From assembly GCA_951406725.2 (NCBI GenBank), contig OX597815.1:212660001-212724000 (forward strand): a stretch of 64,000 bases of DNA, written 5' to 3'. Positions 11,045 through 24,314 of the stretch are shown here, in pieces (the stretch's first letter is position 1; every line of letters begins with the position of its first letter). The position numbers and the translations under genes were made by a program. The notes beneath the pieces were generated by a model. The model had not been told where the DNA came from and searched no databases. It saw nothing but the letters and a program-made list of their open reading frames with translations. The stretch comes from Octopus vulgaris. Its lineage: Eukaryota.

Positions 11045-11099
11045 TTAAGCTAACTTTTAAGAGAGAAAACATATCAGAAATTCTTTTATTTTATTTATA

Positions 11100-11488
11100 T
11101 TTGTCTCAGTCATTTGACTGCGGCCATGCTGGAGCCACCACCTTACAGGGGTTTTTTTAATCAAAGTTGACCTCAGGGCTTATTCTTTGTAAGCCTAGTA
11201 CTTATTCTATCAGTCTCTTTTGCCAAACTGCTAAGTTATGGGGATGTAAACACTCCAACATCGGTTGTCAAGCAATGATGTTGAGGACAAACAGATATAC
11301 ACATGTATACATATATATATATCTGACTGGCTTCTTTCAATTTCCATCTACCAAATTCACTCACAAGGCTTTGGTCAGCCCAAGGCTATTGTAGAAAACA
11401 CTTCCCCAAGGTGTCACACAGAGGGACTGAACCCAGAACCATGTGTTTGGGAAGCAAGCTTGTTACCACACAGCCACACCTGCACCTA
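11100..11488 (-). mobile_element. SINE family A
   Basis: Full-length match to the other family A copies. Confidence 0.8.
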
Positions 11489-11602
11489 TATTGAACAGTA
11501 ATACACATAGAAACTACAAGATAATGCATAATTAATTCAAAACAATATGAATAAATAAGCATTACATTTCAGAGATAATCTGGATATCAGAGGGTTAAGC
11601 AA

Positions 11603-11771
11603 TGTGTGGCTGTGTTGTAAGTAGCTTGCTTACCAACCACAGGGTTCCTGGTTCAATCCCACTGCGTGGCACCTTAGGCAAGTGTCTTGTACTATAGCCT
11701 CAGCCCGACCAAAGCCTTGTGAGTGAATTTGGTAGACGGAAACTGAAAGAAGCCCATTGCATATATGTATG

Positions 11772-11804
<33 letters not shown>

Positions 11805-12000
11805 TTGTCCCCTCAACATCGTTTGACAACCGATGCTGGTGTGTTTACGTCCCCATAACTTAGCTGTTCAGCAGAAGTGCCCGACAGAATAAGTACTAGG
11901 CTTACAAAGAATAAGTCTTGGGGTTGATTTGCTCGACTAAAGGCGATGCTCCAGCATGGCCACAGTCAAATGACTGAAACAAGTAAAAGAGATAAAAGAG
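11603..12000 (+). mobile_element. SINE family A
   Basis: Full-length match; inverted relative to the copy at 11100-11488. Confidence 0.8.
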
Positions 12001-12462
12001 ACAATGTTTTCCATGGAAAAGACACAAAGCCACTGCAGCCAGGCAACAGTGACGTTCCAGGTGGTGCCTTCGGAAGGCAGGGAGAACTGATACAGATATC
12101 CCAAGGCATCTCATCTGACTCCTTAATTCTGTCGATTCATTAATCAAGACCCGTATTACTTTTATTTATTTATTTATTTTTATTGTGTTAAACCCCAAAA
12201 CATGAAAGATGAAGTTGACCTCAGCAGAGAATATAACTCCAGGGGTCAGAGAGTTGGAACAAATACTGCAAAACATTCTATCTGACCCCTAACAATGCTG
12301 TTATTTTTTTTCCTTTATAATATATGTATTCAGGAATAGAGTACCTATTTCAATTATAGGTCAAATCAATCAAAATAGGCCAATTAAAACATAAAAGGTG
12401 AGGTAAATAGGCTGAAAAAATTCCCCTGGGAAGTTTAAACATGTCAAAGGATAATTGATTTT

Positions 12463-13598
12463 TTATGGTTTGTTTTTTGTTTAGAAGAGAGTTGCTTATT
12501 TTATTTCTATAACAAATCAATTAGAAATAAGCAGGAATATTGATATAAATAGCTTTACATTAAAATACGAGTAAATAAAACTGCTTTGATTGAAAAACAT
12601 AAAAGAATAATGGCTTGATAAGTTACTAAGTGCCATTAGGGACGGGTCAGGGATCTGTTGGGGTTTCTTTCATCATTATATAAATAAATCACGTTGAGGA
12701 TACTGTCTTCTGATCCCCTTCAGAAAGAGAAACTGAACCTCAAGCCATCAAAGTAGCCTCTATGTGCTTGCTAAAAACAGAAGCTAAATTTCACACATTG
12801 CTATCTTAAAAAGGATGATATCTAAGATGAGGTTGGATAATGTAATATTGGATACACAATGTCCTTAAAAAATTGAAAGGGTAAACAAATGGGATGGTCA
12901 TGACTGGAACAGTTTCGATCATAGGTTTACCCAATTAGGTTTGACCGTTACAAAACATTAACAATTGGTTGTCAATTGGCAGAGTCATTAGAACATCAGA
13001 CAAAATACCTTGTGGTATTTATTCTAAGTTATGGCTTGTTTTTTGTTTAGAAGAGAGTTGCTTATTTTATTTCTATAACAAATCAATTAGAAATAAGCAG
13101 GAATATTGATATAAATAGCTTTACATTAAAATACGAGTAAATAAAACTGCTTTGATTGAAAAACATAAAAGAATAATGGCTTGATAAGTGACTAAGTGCC
13201 ATTAGGGACGGGTCAGTGATCTGTTGGGGTTTCTTTCATCATTATATAAATAAATCACGTTGAGGATTCTGTCTTTTGATCCCTTTCATAAAGAGAAACT
13301 GAACCTCAAGCCATCAAAGTAGCCTCTATGTGCTTGCTAAAAACAGAAGCTAAATTTCATGTTGCTACCTTAAAAAGGATGATATCTAAGATGAGGTTGG
13401 ATAATGTAATATTGGATACACAATGTCCTTAAAAAATTGAAAAGGCAAACAAATGGGATGGTCATGACTGGAACAGTTTCGATCATAGGTTTACCCAATT
13501 AGGTTTGACCGTTACAAAACATTAACAATTGGTTGTCAATTGGCAGAGTCATTAGAACATCAGACAAAATACCTTGTGGTATTTATTCTAAGTTATGG
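12463..13598. repeat. near-identical tandem duplication, period about 566 bp
   Basis: TTAGAAGAGAGTTGC at 12481 and 13047; few substitutions; TTATGG microhomology at the junctions. Confidence 0.93.
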
Positions 13599-14001
13599 AT
13601 TCAAATTTTACCTGAAATCAACTTTGTCTTTCATCCTTCCTGAGCCAAAAAGCAAAATACCAGCCTAGAGTAGTCAACTGATGGAAATGTTAGTGCATCA
13701 GACAGCATACCTTGCAGTATTTGTTCTAGATCCTTATATTCTGAGTCCAAATCCCATCAAAGGTTACTTGGGTGATGGACTTAACCCATTGCCCTGTTGA
13801 ACACTACTGAGTCTCACACCATGGCTGCCTTAGTAAAGTTAGCAGAGTCTACTCTGTTGCAAGCATTCAGTCCAGGTTCCCAATTTGAGGATATCTTCCT
13901 CTCCTTCCCATCCCCTAGTCTCAAAGGCCCTGTGATGGGTCATAGGCACTGCCTTCGCTCCCCACAAAAAGATCAACAGAAAAAGAAAAAGGATCAAGTC
14001 A

Positions 14002-14231
14002 CTTATTTCTTTATTGCTCACAAGGGGCTAAACGTAGAGGGGACAAACAAGGACAGACAAAGGGATTAAGTCAATTACATTGATCCCAGTGTGTAACTGG
14101 TACTTAATTTATCAACCTAAAAGGATGAAAGGCAAAGTTGACCTCGGCAGAATTTGAACTCAGAATGTAGCGGTAGACGAAATATCACTAAGCATTTCAC
14201 CCAGTGTGCTAACGTTTCTGCCAGCTTGCCA
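14002..14231 (-). mobile_element. SINE family B monomer
   Basis: Reverse strand CTGGCAGAAACGTTAG...GAGTTCAAATTC...CTTTGCCTTTCATCC...AAAGAAATAAG. Confidence 0.8.
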
Positions 14232-14502
14232 CAAGTCACTTGCCAGACAAGTACAACTCCAAAAACAACATTCACTGTTAAGATAAAGGAGAGAATAGAG
14301 TTAAATAGTAGGTTGGTAAAGGAGAGGCACATCACAAAGAGGATTTCTGCCAACAATCTCCTGTTTTGGTGACAGAAACTAAGGTACTACTTATAAATAT
14401 AGCAGTAATACACCAGGCTTTTCAATGAAAGTTCATTTTAGTACTTAGTAATGTATCAAAATGCAATGTTAGCATGTCATTCTAGCAGGCCTTTAGATTT
14501 AA

Positions 14503-14710
14503 CCCTTTAGCATATCCAACCAAATATTCTGCCTGTTTTATATGAAAACCAGCCAGATCCAGCCTCTCATGCTCACCCAACCATGCCATTCTAGAAATAA
14601 GCAATCACATTAATGAAATCACAAAGCTATGAGATAATGCATGATTAATTCAAGACAAAGTGAATAAATAAGTATTACAATTGACAGAAAGAAATCTGAA
14701 TGTTAAAGGG
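14503..14710. mobile_element. piggyBac-type MITE, family E
   Basis: TTAA-CCCTTTAGCAT...ATGTTAAAGGG-TTGA. Confidence 0.7.
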
Positions 14711-14747
14711 TTGATAAGTGTTCCAGTTGTTTAAATTATGTGATTAA

Positions 14748-15139
14748 TCTCTCTCTATATAAAGCTGAAGTTGTCTGTGTGCGGCAGGTTTGGTAGCCTT
14801 CAACTAACACTATCTCCTCCGAGACCCTGCGGCGCAAGTTGACCAAAATTGAGAGTATGATAGAAGAAGGCTTGCTCTTCATTCTGTAGAAGATAAAATT
14901 CAAATCGGACCATGTTAACACCAAAAATTATTTACATCAAAAAGGTGCTTTTTTTCTATGAAAATCCCTATTTTTTACGATTTTTTTACTGCTTTGTCGC
15001 AATTTTTCGGTGTATTTCAACCAGAAAAATGTTCACTTAAAGAGAATAACAAGCTACATAATGCAAAATTTTCACTTTTCGAAAATTCCAATTCTAAAGG
15101 GTCGAAACAAACCCGAGCAATGCCAGTCGATACTGCTAG
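14748..15139 (+). mobile_element. non-autonomous Helitron, second subfamily
   Basis: A|TC start, AAACCCGAGCAATGCC...TACTGCTAG|T end; interior differs from the copy at 9768. Confidence 0.78.
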
Positions 15140-15865
15140 TTTAATATATTTCTGTTTTACCTTCCAGCTATATCTAGTAAAACTAGTGTAGTTTGGAAAC
15201 AGGACTATAAATTTGAAACATTGTTGAACAAATATTATCTAAATCTTGTCAAACAACATGCTTGAAATAGCAGCCAAATCTCTTGTGAACTACCCCATAC
15301 TATTTTAAAAAAGGAAGAACACATTGGGTGATATAGTTCTAGATAACTCTAAAAAGATGGTGTGATCACAACAACAGCACCTTTGATCATAGGCCTTCTC
15401 AATTGAGGTTAACCCGGGGCTAAACAACAACAGATTTAGTCCTAAAATAGTTATAACAAGACAAACAAGTGAATGTCTAACACAGGCTTTTTGTTTATTC
15501 AGCAGCTAAGTCTCCCTTTAAGCAAATCGCTCTTGATTCAAAGTTGGGACTCTATGTTCAAACAATCCCTGGGACAACATTCCAACACAGCTGAAGAAGC
15601 CAACAATAGGATGTATTACAATGAAAACATATCACAGATTTAAGGGGCCTGGTAATTTGTGGGTGGTAGAATAACAATCTAAGCTATTTGATTAAAGAGG
15701 TTTTCGGTAAGAAACTGCTTTGAGTTGAAATTCTACAAAACTGACTCAAGTTTCCATACTTTCACTATAAGCATACAGAACTAATTGCAAAAAGAAACCT
15801 TAGCATGCTTAAACTTCGGATTTTTGTGAGTGGTTGGTATAAATATAAAAAAAAGTTAAGTAAAG

Positions 15866-16258
15866 CTGTAGGAGTGGCTGTGTAGTAAGTAGCTTGCTTA
15901 CAGACCACATGGTTCTGGGTTCAGTCCCACTGCATGGCACCTTGGGCAAGTGTCTTCTACTATAGCCTCAGGCCGACCAAAGCCTTGTGAGTGGATTTGG
16001 TAGACGGAAACTGAAAGAAGCCCGTCATATATATGTATATGTGTGTGTGTGTGTGCATGCATGTGTTTGTCCCCCCAACATCACTTGACAACCAATGTTG
16101 GTGTGTTTACGTTCCCGTAACTTGGCAGTTCAGCAAAAGAAGACCGATAGAATAAGTACTAGGCTTGCAAAGGATAAGTCCAGGAGTCGATTTGCTCGAC
16201 TTAAGGCTGTGCTCCAGCATGGCCACAGTCAAATGATTGAAACAAGTAAAAGAGTAAG
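15866..16258 (+). mobile_element. SINE family A
   Basis: Full-length match to the family consensus. Confidence 0.85.
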
Positions 16259-16609
16259 ACTACAGTAACTTTAATTCAACCTAAAAGAATAAGTCTTTTA
16301 CTACTTCTTGACTGTGAGCCAACTGGTTAGGTTTACTGGTAGAATCATAATCCTCATCATCATCCTCATCATTTAACATCTAATTTTCCATGCTTGCAGG
16401 AGTCAGATGGAATTTGTTGGGGTAGAATTTCTCCAGCCAGCTGCCCTTCCTGCCACCAACCCTCACCTCTTTCACACAAGACTGACAGGGATGCTTATTT
16501 GCCACAACCATGTGATGCCAAGATAAGAGCACACACACACACAAAGCAAGTTTCCTACAGTTTCCATCCACCAAATCTATTCACAAGGCCTTGGTCAGCC
16601 TGGCACTGC

Positions 16610-16619
16610 AGAGAGAGAA

Positions 16620-16659
<40 letters not shown>

Positions 16660-16878
16660 GAAGAAAGAAAGAAAGAAAGAAAGAGAAAGAAAGGAAGGAA
16701 GGAAGGAAGGAAGAAAGAGAGAGAGAAAGAAAGAAAGATAGAAAGAAAGAAAGAAAGAAAGGGAGAAAGAAAGAGAGGGAGAAAGAAAGAAAGAAAGAGA
16801 GAAAGAAAGAAAGAAAGAAAGAGAGAAAGAAAGAAAGAGAGAAAGAAAGAAAGAAAGAAAGAGAGAAAGAAAGAAAGA
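16610..16878. repeat. (GA)n/(GAAA)n/(GGAA)n polypurine tract
   Basis: About 270 bp almost purely purine on the + strand. Confidence 0.95.
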
Positions 16879-17315
16879 TGTTTCTTTATTAACCACACAG
16901 GGCTGAACATGGGACAAAATACAAAGGGGGATAGAATTTCGATCAAAAAGGTGGATTTTAGGCAGGTAGGTAGGTAAGCAGAGAGAGAGAGAAAGAGATA
17001 CACTCACACACACGTGTGTGTGTGTATGTGTGTGTGTGTAAAACTTTATTTTGATTTATACATGAAGTAACAAAAAAAACAGATCAATCCTCTTTGAAGC
17101 CAACTATATAAATCAGAAACTATAAATTGATAAGATTAAACTGTTGGTAAATACATTTGGCTTAAATATAGTCCAACTCATGCCAGCATGAAAAACAGAT
17201 ATTAAATGATGATCGCTGTGACAAGACCAATACTAATTGCTACCGAGTAGTATTCTATTGCTAACATACCAATATTTGGAATATAAAATACTTTATGTTT
17301 GGAGCATTCTAGGTT

Positions 17316-17519
17316 TAGTGCTCTGCAACTGGTGCACCGCAGCACACTGGTGCACCGCAGCACACTGGTGCACCATGAGATGATGCTAGGTGTGCTGCAG
17401 TGTAACCTCAAAATAAGTTTTTTCCCTATGCTTTTAGTTATATTTTTAGTTCAAGTACGCTGCCGGATTTTGAAAAGAATTTAAGTGTACCGCAAGTGGA
17501 AAAAGGTAACAGAGCACTG
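17316..17519. mobile_element. hAT-type MITE with an internal 18-bp tandem repeat
   Basis: TAGTGCTCTGCAAC...GTAACAGAGCACTG ends; TGGTGCACCGCAGCACAC about 2.5 times; flanks resemble TTCTAG. Confidence 0.55.
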
Positions 17520-17798
17520 TTCTAGAGCACTTCTTCAACTATATATTTTTGGATTTCCTGTTTAAGCCTTACCATTTAAACCAGCAACATCTGGCCCCTA
17601 ATAGTCTACCTGTTTTATGTTCAAACTAACCAAGATCCTACCCTACAATGTCAGTCTGAAAATAAACAATCACATCATTGAAATTTCAAAGCTACAAGTT
17701 AATAGATAATTCAAAACAATTTGAACAAATAAGCATTACCTTTGACAGAGTAATCTGAATGCTAAAGAGTTAAACTGTGTGAGGATACATTCTTTTCG

Positions 17799-18338
17799 GG
17801 AGGCACATGGCTTAGTGGTTAGGATAATTGACTCACAATCATATGGTTGTGAGATCAATTCCTAGCAGGAACGTTAGCACGCCGGGCGAAATGCATAGCC
17901 GTATTTCGTCTGCCGTTACATTTTAAGTTCAAATTCCGCCAGGGTCAACTTTGCCTTTCATCCTCTTGGGGGTCGATAAAATAAGTACTAGTTACGCACT
18001 GGGTCGATGTAATCGACTTAATCCCTTTGTCTGCCCTTCTTTGTTCCTTCTATGTTTAGCCCCTTGTGGGGAATAAAGAAATAAGAAACGTTAGCACTCT
18101 TTCTCTACTGGCAACAAAGCAAGGCACTTTATTTCACAATGTTCCAGTCTTCTCAATTGGCAAAAATGAGTAGTACCTTTATTTCAAAGGGTCAGCATTG
18201 TCACACTCTGTGTCATGCTGAATCTCCCTGAGAACTACGTTAAGGGTACACGTGTGTCTGCAGAGCGCTCAGCCACTTGCATGATAATTTCACAAACAGG
18301 ATGTCCCATTGATCAGATCAACTAGAACCCTCATCGTC
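17799..18338 (+). mobile_element. SINE family C with a family B SINE inserted at about 17868-18097
   Basis: Family C head, complete family B body, then the family C body resumes. Confidence 0.7.
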
Positions 18339-18885
18339 TTTTAAAGAAGTTGTTCACAGACCCTCCCAATTAGATGAGATTGATGTGAATGATAGCAAAC
18401 CTAAACATCAGTAGATGGGAAGAAGAGAAGAAGCTGGGATAATGCTGTAGAAATGAAGAAGAAATTACAATGAATGTGGCTAAGATATCAACAAAGATAA
18501 TGATGGTGGTGGTGGTGGTGGTGGCAGCAGTGGTGAGGGTGGGACGAATCCCTTAGGAACATGGTTTAATGGTTAGAGTGTTGGACTCATGATCGTAAGA
18601 TTGTGGTTTCGATTCCTGGACCAGGCAATGTGTTGTGTTCTTGAGCAAAGCACTTCATCTCACAATGCACCAGTCCACTGAGCTGGCAAAAATGAGTCAT
18701 CCTGCAACAGACTGGCATCCCGTCCAAGGAGGAAAGTGTATAAACCAAAGACACCAGGAAACTAGGCTCCTTATGGAATAATGTGGACTGTATACCGTAC
18801 ATCTTTACGTCTAACAACACAATGTTACAATCTGATTACACTACGTTCATCCTCACGTATGTCTAATTTTAAATATGCACATATC

Positions 18886-18916
<31 letters not shown>

Positions 18917-18924
18917 GAGACACC

Positions 18925-19130
18925 CTTAAGCTAAGATTGATTAAAGGTAGGTTTGGAGAGATAGTAGAAATGCTAGAGGGATGTTGAGAGTAACTGATGT
19001 TTGTTGTATACAAGAGATAAAATGAAGGGAAGTTTCAGCTAGGTTCCTCACAGAGAGGTTACACAAGTATAAATTCTTCAATGTGGATAACAGAGCTGAA
19101 GTAACAGAATTGGCATATTAATGGTAGAAA
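18925..19130 (+). pseudogene. RTE-clade LINE AP-endonuclease relic
   Basis: Translates with stops and frameshifts to KGRFGEIVEMLE..DVCCIQE...ARFLT..HKYKFF, typical of the N-terminus of the RTE APE domain. Confidence 0.7.
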
Positions 19131-19437
19131 ACCTTTAATTACAATAGTCTAGCAATTACGTCACTGGGTATGAATAAGTCAGATATGTTGCCCTTCTCAT
19201 GTTATTTAAATACATTTAAACTAGAGCCCCAAAAATTATGAGTAAGGTACATAACTCTTCTGGTTGGCTCACTAATGGAAACAGGCTCCATTCCTAATTC
19301 ACAGCTGAATGCCCTGCTGTAGAGACAATTGTTTAAACAAAAGCTCTTCTACTATTCCACCCTTGTTAGTTTTAGAAATGAATGTAAAGCGGGGGGAAAA
19401 AAAATCATTACATGCAAATTTTTCTATGTATTTCATC

Positions 19438-19501
<64 letters not shown>

Positions 19502-19563
19502 TCAATAGTTCATATATCCAAAAAAGGAGCACATTCTAAAACATTAGCGTAGTATATTTATAG

Positions 19564-19646
19564 AAGGCTGATTGTTATGAATGGTCAGCAAGTGACCATT
19601 GGTTTCACACCAATGGTCACTCCCTGACCAGCCACAACAATCAACC

Positions 19647-19648
<2 letters not shown>
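19564..19648. repeat. 85-bp foldback (40-bp arms, 5-nt loop), MITE-like
   Basis: AAGGCTGATTGTT...GTGACCATTGGT-TTCAC-ACCAATGGTCAC...AACAATCAACCTT, about 34/40 paired, next to (TA)n. Confidence 0.8.
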
Positions 19649-19681
<33 letters not shown>

Positions 19682-19929
19682 GAGAGGGGGGGAAGAAACT
19701 GTTTTTCTTAATAATTACAGTTCATTATTACCATAGCATAATTATACAATATGAACACACAAACAGACACACACGGAGTTTCCAAGTGGAAACATCTGGC
19801 TGTGGGTGTGAAGCCCTCTACAGTCATCCAGCAATTGCAACAACTCTCCTCTTTTCAGATGCAGAAAATAGACATCAAACAAACCAAATACCACCAAAAC
19901 CTCTCTTCTCCCCGTCAGCTACAAATACT

Positions 19930-21550
19930 AAGCATGATGAAAGGTAAGTCTGGAGAGATTGTAGAAACACTAGGGGGGGTGTTTGGGGGGGGAGCAGTTG
20001 ATGTTTGCAGTGTAGAAGAGAACGGGTGAGGAGGGGAGGGCACCCTCAGCCAGATTCCTCACAAGTAAGGTACATAAGCACAAATTATTCAGTGCGGATA
20101 ACTGAGGTGGAGTTGAAAGAGTTGACATATTAATGGAAGAAAAATGAATAAAATAATTAGGGTTGTCAGAATATGTGACAGAATAATTAGGCTTAGTCTA
20201 GTCACAGACAACACAACAAAAACAACAACAACAACAACAGCGATTTTTGCATATGCACCAAATCAGGGGTGAGACAAGCAAAGAGACTGTTTCTTGAAGG
20301 CCTTCTTTCAGACTACCCAAATAACAGACAACAGTGACTTAGTTTTTAATCACAGCTGGTAACTGTACTGTACTGAACATGTTGGGCAACACCATGATAG
20401 CTACTCTAACATACATAGGGGCAATGGGTATGGTACCAGGACTATAGAGAAGGATCAAGGCTTTTAGAGTCCTGTAATGCAAATGAACTATTTGCAATAC
20501 TATCATTGAATGACCATTCAAATGAACATGCAAGTCAAAGATTTTGTAATAGAAGTACCAAATCCAAGTCGGAATTCAGACACGTTGTCCCTAGTAAAGT
20601 GTATACATCTCAATATATAGTAATGGTTAAAGACATCAACTAGAATGGGAACCAGAGGGACCCAAAGACAAAAGGGAATCTTTACATGAAAACATATAAA
20701 AGCTGAACATTGCCTCAGCCAGACACAGTTTCAAAGAAATAGAGAGAGATCATCATCATCATCGTCAACATTTAACATCTGTTTTCTATGCTGGCCTGGG
20801 TTGAACAGCTCGACAGGATCTAGCAAGGCTACGGGCTTCACCAGGTTCCATAATTTGTTTTAGCTTGCTTTCTATGGCTTGAAAGAGACTTACTTTCTGC
20901 TACTTATGAAAGTAACAGAAAGAGTTATAGTACAACATATTAAGAAGATTACCTTAGCTAAAATACAGTGTGGATTTGTGCTGAGTACCTTCTTTCTGGT
21001 TTGACAACTGTTGGAAGTGTTTTTAGCAAAAAGCTAGCCACTCTGCCTGACAATCACTGACCTGGGAAATCTACTGACAGGGGACTGAACTCTGTAGTGA
21101 GTCACTAAAAAGTTCATTTGAATGAATGGCTTGTAGAAGTGTGAAACTCTATGACAGAGAAAACATGGAACACTGAATGCAGACGATGGGCAAAGGTTGA
21201 AAAGGAATGAGATACACTGAATATGTAGTGTTAGTCTGCAATAAATGATAGAGCAGAAATAAGCTGAGAGAAACACTGGATATAGAGAATGAAAGAGAGA
21301 AGACTGAGGTAGTAGTTAGTATGAACTGCAAACGGAAAATGCCAGTTGGATAAAGAAGTAGCAAGTGATTTGATTGGAACAAACCTTCAAAAGAGAAAAA
21401 ACAAGGAATACCTGTGAGGAAGTGGTGAAAATTATTCACAGAAAACTGAACCTCATAAGGAAACGACACAAGGGACTGCTGCAAGTGGCAAGACCCTACA
21501 CTTGAAAGGACCTGTCTTAACCCATGCAAGTTTGTGAAAAACAAACATAA
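19930..21550 (+). pseudogene. heavily decayed RTE-clade LINE (APE, RT and C-terminal fragments)
   Basis: KGKSGEIVETL..DVCSVEE; HVGQHHDSYSNIHRGNGYGTR..SRLLE; IQCGFV...QLLEVFLAKS.PL...DL; RLKRNE...RRLR fragments occur in the order expected for an RTE ORF. Confidence 0.7.
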
Positions 21551-21691
21551 AATGTTGACACTGAGACATGCACATAGATATCAGCTGCCAATTGATTACA
21601 CTCTAATAATGCATGTCTGTATACCTGAGAAAATATCAATTCAGGTGTGCAAATTATTTTGTTGATAATTAATATTATGTCTATTGTGTTA

Positions 21692-21990
21692 TCATCATCA
21701 TCATCATCGTTTAACGTCCGTTCTCCATGCTAGCATGGGTTGGACGGTTCGACCGAGGATCTGGGAAGCCAGAAGGCTGCACCAGGCTCCGGTCTTATCT
21801 GGCAATGTTTCTACAGCTGGATGCCCTTCCTAACGCCAACCACTCCGTGAGTGTAGTGGGTGCATTTTACGTGCCACCTGCACAGGTTCCACGCGAGGCT
21901 GGCAACGGCCACGGTCGGATTGGTGCATTTTACGTGCCACCGGCATGGAAGCCAGTCGAGGCGGCGCTGGCATCGGCCACGATTCGGATT
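21692..21990 (-). mobile_element. family D retroposon
   Basis: Young copy with (CAT)n end, nearly identical to the copy at 8883. Confidence 0.85.
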
Positions 21991-22719
21991 CGGCCAACAA
22001 TTTCCTTTTTTTTTTTTTTTTTTTTAGATTATCTTATGACAGGAAAATCTAAATGAAAAAGTGCCCCCACGGTTATTATTTGCCAGCAATTCTGATTTCA
22101 TATTTTACATCCAGGTTAAAATTATGAACATCATGTTGAGTATTTCGATTCATGTTGTAGAACTAACAGAACTCTGGCATTTACTTAATCCCGATAGATA
22201 TAAATAAAACCAACTGGAGTTTAAAAGAAGCGGTCCATTTCTGAACATCAGGGGAATACAAGACTCTAAGAAAATTCCATTACTGAACACTTCGGCTTCG
22301 CAAAAAGTGTGTCCCTTGATAAACATAATTATTTATAACACATAAAAATTATTTTATTTATAGAATAATCAAACTCGGAGAAAACAAACTGTAACTTCTA
22401 TGCCCATGAAAGTCAAGAAAAATATCAGGTAAACCTCTAGATAATTGAGAACCATTAACTATGCCAGCATTATATAAACATAGCCTGAATATTTAGTAAT
22501 AACCTTCAGTAATAAGTTATCTCGATAGCAATTGCACTTTTACGTAGTTTCAAGGAACTTAGATTACATCAGAACTGCCATAAAATTGTTGAAAATAAAT
22601 AGGTAACAGGATATATTCTTGATAATATGTTCCACAATATCCTTCATCAAGATATAAACCAGAATCCAGCCAGCTCTAAATGTTTCACAAGTAGCAGCAC
22701 CACAGTAATACAGGTGGGG

Positions 22720-22756
<37 letters not shown>

Positions 22757-22992
22757 TATACGGCCTATATACAGCCTGGTAGAAAATACTAATATCACCA
22801 TTCGTAGACAAAAACTCCAGCAGGATGTCCATCCCTAAAAATTTGTATTTTATGCAGTACAAGGTATATCAGCAAGCTTTCTCTCTCTCTACTAATTACA
22901 GCAGGACTTTCTGGTTCCTTACCAGGAAAAGTGTAACCTTCTTAGTGTGATGTTTATTCACATGATTTCTCAAAACAGTTAACTCTCTAAAC

Positions 22993-23211
22993 CAGTGGTT
23001 TTCAACCAGGGTTCCGCGGAACCTTAGGGTTCCGCTAGTACAGTCCAAGGGTTCCGCAAGAAGTTACAAAACTGCTAAAATCAGCAGTAATTTTTAAGTC
23101 TCCTGTGCAGATATGTGTGCATAAGACTATTAGATAATTGCACAGGGGTTCCTCGAGCCAGTGGAATGTTTCCTTGGGGTTCCGCTCCAGCAAAAAGTTT
23201 GAAAAGCACTG
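22993..23211. mobile_element. hAT-type MITE
   Basis: CAGTGGTTTTCAAC...TTTGAAAAGCACTG TIRs with a perfect 8-bp TSD CTCTAAAC. Confidence 0.9.
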
Positions 23212-23915
23212 CTCTAAACAGTACTGCAAAAAGAAAAGTCACTACATTTACTGTCTACATTGTTTCCAGTTCCCTCTGTGCATGCAAGTGATTGCACACA
23301 CATTCGTGCAACCAAGAGCAGCCACAGCAACAACAATAACAAGTCCTCTCCCATTGCCATAAAGTACAAACACCTGCCAAATTCAGAAATTTCTTCGCCT
23401 CCTGAAATTCCAAAAGATATCAAACCTAATCTGTTCGATAAAATAAATACAGTAATAGTCCCTGTGGGTAACCTCTCAGCCCCTACTAGTTACTAACCTA
23501 TAATTTCATATCCAATATAACAAATTATAGAAAAGGTAATTAACCAACGGCTTTACCAACCCCAAATTTATTTCTCTTCAACCGTCTCTTGCTCTTGAGA
23601 ACTTCGACAAACACATTTTTAAATTTGACAATAAACAAATTCCCAGACCATATCTGAAACTAGATTCATCTCATGAAGTTGCTAATTTATAGGTTCCAAT
23701 TACCACCTTTCACCTGAATCATTTCCTGTCAGAAAACTGATCACAAGGAATGTTGACAGGTCAAATTCTGATCCCACTCTCTCAAATTGCATAAACACCA
23801 AAGTTTGATAGTATCTCTTACATTCCTTCTTTGCTTTAATGAATTGCTCAGAGTCACCTCTAACTTCGTGTATGCAACTCCTAGCCCTCTGCCTTTCTTA
23901 TCACATGCAGTGTAA

Positions 23916-24314
23916 TCTTTATATATAAAAGTAAGGTTGTGTGTCTGTCTCCTACAATTAGATTCCTAACTACTCCCACATTTTGCGGTGCAGTTTAACC
24001 AAAAGCGGGTATCTTATAGTCGTGATTCATATTGAGCCCTTCTGGGTATTAGCGTGCGTCTACGATGAGTCTACGATTTAAAAAAAAATTTACCATCATT
24101 TTTTTCCATTTTAATGCATTTTTTTCGCTATTATATAAGGGAAGTAACTCTCTAAAAATGTCTACGATGAGTCAACGATTTTAAAAAAATGTTTACCATC
24201 ATTTTTTCCCTATTTTTAGTGCATTTTTTTGCTATTTTTTGGCTATAACTCTCTAAAAATGCTTATATAGTTATTTCCCTTACAAACCCGAGCAACGCCG
24301 GGCTATACTGCTAG
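23916..24314 (+). mobile_element. non-autonomous Helitron
   Basis: A|TC...CCCGAGCAACGCCGGG...CTAG|T; same family as 9768 with an internal subrepeat duplication. Confidence 0.85.

Noticed and set aside
16394-17013. ERK-rich and LSF-rich ORFs
   Set aside because: Translation of the polypurine microsatellite.
21305-21326. let-7-like string TGAGGTAGTAG
   Set aside because: Only 11 nt match, no precursor hairpin seen, and it lies in the RRLR coding remnant of the RTE relic.
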